Part shown: piece after piece, positions 60,408 to 64,000 of the stretch
Position numbering within the stretch: the first letter of the stretch is position 1
Layout of the letters: each line of letters opens with the position of its first letter
Origin: Utricularia gibba
Taxonomy: Eukaryota; Plantae; Magnoliophyta
Direction of reading: 5' to 3'
DNA length: 64,000 bases
NCBI GenBank assembly: GCA_002189035.1
Contig: NEEC01000026.1
Location: 372,001-436,000 of the forward strand
Made by a program: the position numbers and the translations under genes
Notes under the pieces: model-generated
What the model saw: only the letters and a program-made list of their open reading frames with translations
What the model was told of the DNA's origin: nothing
Databases searched by the model: none

Positions 60408-61405
60408 TTTTATATATGTTGTATTATATATTGTCTGAATAATAATTTTCTCTATTTTAAATAAATATTATTGTTATATTTGATTAATTATGTAAATTAA
60501 TATAAAATTAATAAATATAAATATTATATACAACATTATCCGGATAGAAATGTAGATGAGGAAGTAAGAATAATGTGTATTATTTAATATTATTATATTA
60601 AATAATTATAAAAAAATAAAACAAATATGAGGTGTAATCCATATTGTTCCCACACCAATGTGGATACCCTTAGGAAAAGCTAAAATTTGTCAAATCTTAG
60701 CAAAACGAATTTTGGCATCGCATGAATATGCTTCAATTTTATCTTTGAATAGTCATAAAACTACCTTTTCAAAGGTTTTCATGCACCACAAATAACATGA
60801 TATCTATGGATGAAGTTTTAATTGTGGTTCAAAAAATGTTGGTAAATCTTAATTTCTTTTTGAATGCGATGCGAACAATATTGAAAAGATAATAAGATGG
60901 AAGATCCAGAAAATTCAAAATGCTTTATATAAATTATTCTAATAAAATAAAATGAATTGGGCTGAATTCATATTACTAAAGCCCAATGGTTGGATCGCCT
61001 AACCCGATAAAAGATATTTTTTCATAGTTTAGCAATGTTTCAATCTAATTCATCTAACCCATGAGTATTCATGTATTACGGATCCATCTTGTACCCATAT
61101 TTTACGGTTCTGAGTGACGGTCTGACCCGTGACAAGTCATGGATTGAGGTGTAACCATGCTCAGCTCTGGGTAGCAGTATAAGCTTATCACCTACGAATG
61201 TATGGAAAAAAGGGATGCTTGATCCTTCTACAAAACAGTCAAGGATGTGGGTCTTTGGGTTAATGGCTTTGCTCCCCGTATCGTCTTCACGCAGTAGCCT
61301 TAGTCAAATACAAGTACCATTTCACTTCCGGTTGTGGGCAGCAAGAACAAGACATTGGGGCAACGAAACAAGGTTTCTGCATTTGCACTACGCATCCATC
61401 CATTG

Positions 61406-62891
<1,486 letters not shown>

Positions 62892-63074
62892 TCCTCAAGA
62901 ATACGAACAGAAAAAATCAACGATCGCAGCAACAAAGAGCTGGGAATCGAACATGAATACAAGATTACTGCCGTAGGCTGAAACTGAGAGGAAACGTAAA
63001 CGCTGATCCTTGGTTTCGCAGGCTGGGTGCCTGTACTGTATAGTTCATTAATTAATATTTAATTGGACATTTTG

Positions 63075-63602
63075 GGCCGCCGGGTTATATTTCGAGTTCG
63101 GACTCGGGTTGGATCCGAATTTCAGGTAATAGTGGTACGGGTCGGACTCGTACCCGTACGAATCGGACCCGCCGGATAAAAAATTCAGTGGCTGACTCGG
63201 CGGGTCAAACTCGTACGGGTAAAGTGCTTGACTCGACTCGTACCCACCCGGGTTGAAGTGTTCTTGGCTCGTCGATCCTTCACTTAACTCCCACATGAGC
63301 CCCAACAGGCCCCTAGGTTGCTTTCTGGAAAATATTTATGTTACTGACATAGAAGGACCCAGCCTTCTCCCCTCGGGTTTCCACCAGTACAATACAATGA
63401 TTCCCACCCAACAGTGGATGCCACACGGTGGACAACCAAGGAGAAGTAACTGCGTGCACTGGTACGGGTTGACGGGTCAACCCGTACCCGTCTATCTCGA
63501 CTCGCACCGTACCCATCTAGTGACGGGTACGAGTCACGGATTGACTCGTTACGAGTCAACCCGCGGGTCGGACGGGTTGACCCGGACTCGTACCCAGCTC
63601 TA
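63075..63602. mobile_element. hAT-derived MITE remnant between ARFB1 and NDUFS6; left end not resolved
   Basis: Right end reads TAGAGCTGGGTACG on the reverse complement, with dense GACTCG/TACCCG/CGGGTC subterminal repeats at both ends. Confidence 0.65.
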
Positions 63603-63682
63603 GAATACTCAAGGCAGTTCAAATACCTCCTCATCCTCAACTTTGGCTTCCCTCTGGAATCTCACGCATTATTCAGCGAGCT

Positions 63683-63823
63683 ATGGCGGCATTTTGGAGA
63701 ACGGACGCCGTAAGGATGGGGTCTCACCTGATGAAAAACCTAACTCGATCCCCAAATTCTCGCAGCGTCAGCGGTATCGTTAACCGCGAAATCATTACGT
63801 CGCATACTGAGAAGTGGATGCAG
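63683..63823 (+). CDS. NDUFS6: Mitochondrial complex I 13-kDa subunit (NDUFS6 family), exon 1 only; the rest lies beyond the window
   Basis: (MAAFWRTDAVR)MGSHLMKNLTRSPNSRSVSGIVNREIITSHTEKWMQ then GT matches the plant family's 'H T . K W M Q' motif after the presequence. Confidence 0.8.
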
Positions 63824-64000
63824 GTATTCCGAATTTCTGATGTATGCTAGGTGGGTGGTTATTGTTATTGGGGCGGGTTTGCATCGAGAATCAGACGTGT
63901 ATACTAAATTTTGTGCAGCTTGTGCATGTTAGCCCCCAATTTAGTTACTGCTTAGGGTTCCTTGACTTCATAGATGCTTTATTCGTAATGTCGTGATGGT

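Larger units (their letters stand above)
57005..60669 (+). mobile_element. PIF/Harbinger element B, decayed but with both ends intact
   Basis: TIRs GGGCATCCACATTAGTGT and ACACCAATGTGGATACCC. Exact TTA TSD at 57002-57004 and 60670-60672. Confidence 0.9.

Noticed and set aside
63048-63640. Four overlapping ORFs (67-116 aa)
   Set aside because: They arise from GC-rich, stop-poor MITE subterminal repeats in the ARFB1/NDUFS6 promoter.

Overview
Plant (angiosperm, probably eudicot) nuclear DNA, annotated by manual translation and splice-site reading. It contains ten host protein genes or gene parts. At the left edge are cytochrome b5 (partial, minus strand) and a head-to-head MSP1/ATAD1-type AAA ATPase that lacks its first, membrane-anchor exon. 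A dense gene island at 33.4-45.0 kb holds phytolongin, FLDH, a PLS-E PPR, PDV1, MTM1 and an ALMT4/9-type channel. CDC20, ARF-B1 and the first exon of NDUFS6 follow. Between the genes lie a plastid rps16 insertion (NUPT), a tRNA-Gly(CCC) with a broken acceptor stem, and two transposon blocks. The first block (4.2-32.4 kb) is a nest: a Tat gypsy element whose LTR carries a PIF/Harbinger element inside a Tourist MITE, and whose gag carries a solo LTR inside a solo LTR plus an Athila element; old copia and hAT remnants follow. The second block (51.3-60.7 kb) is two head-to-head PIF/Harbinger elements. The most notable observations are: (1) the decapitated MSP1 abutting the cytochrome b5 promoter at an 18-bp direct repeat; (2) a 70-bp duplication of the ALMT start region that creates two 2-codon upstream ORFs; (3) single-base frameshifts in FLDH, PDV1 and MTM1 plus a microsatellite frameshift in MSP1, which are either real lesions or assembly indel errors; (4) an unidentified ORF fragment present twice. 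I found no clearly new multi-gene system.
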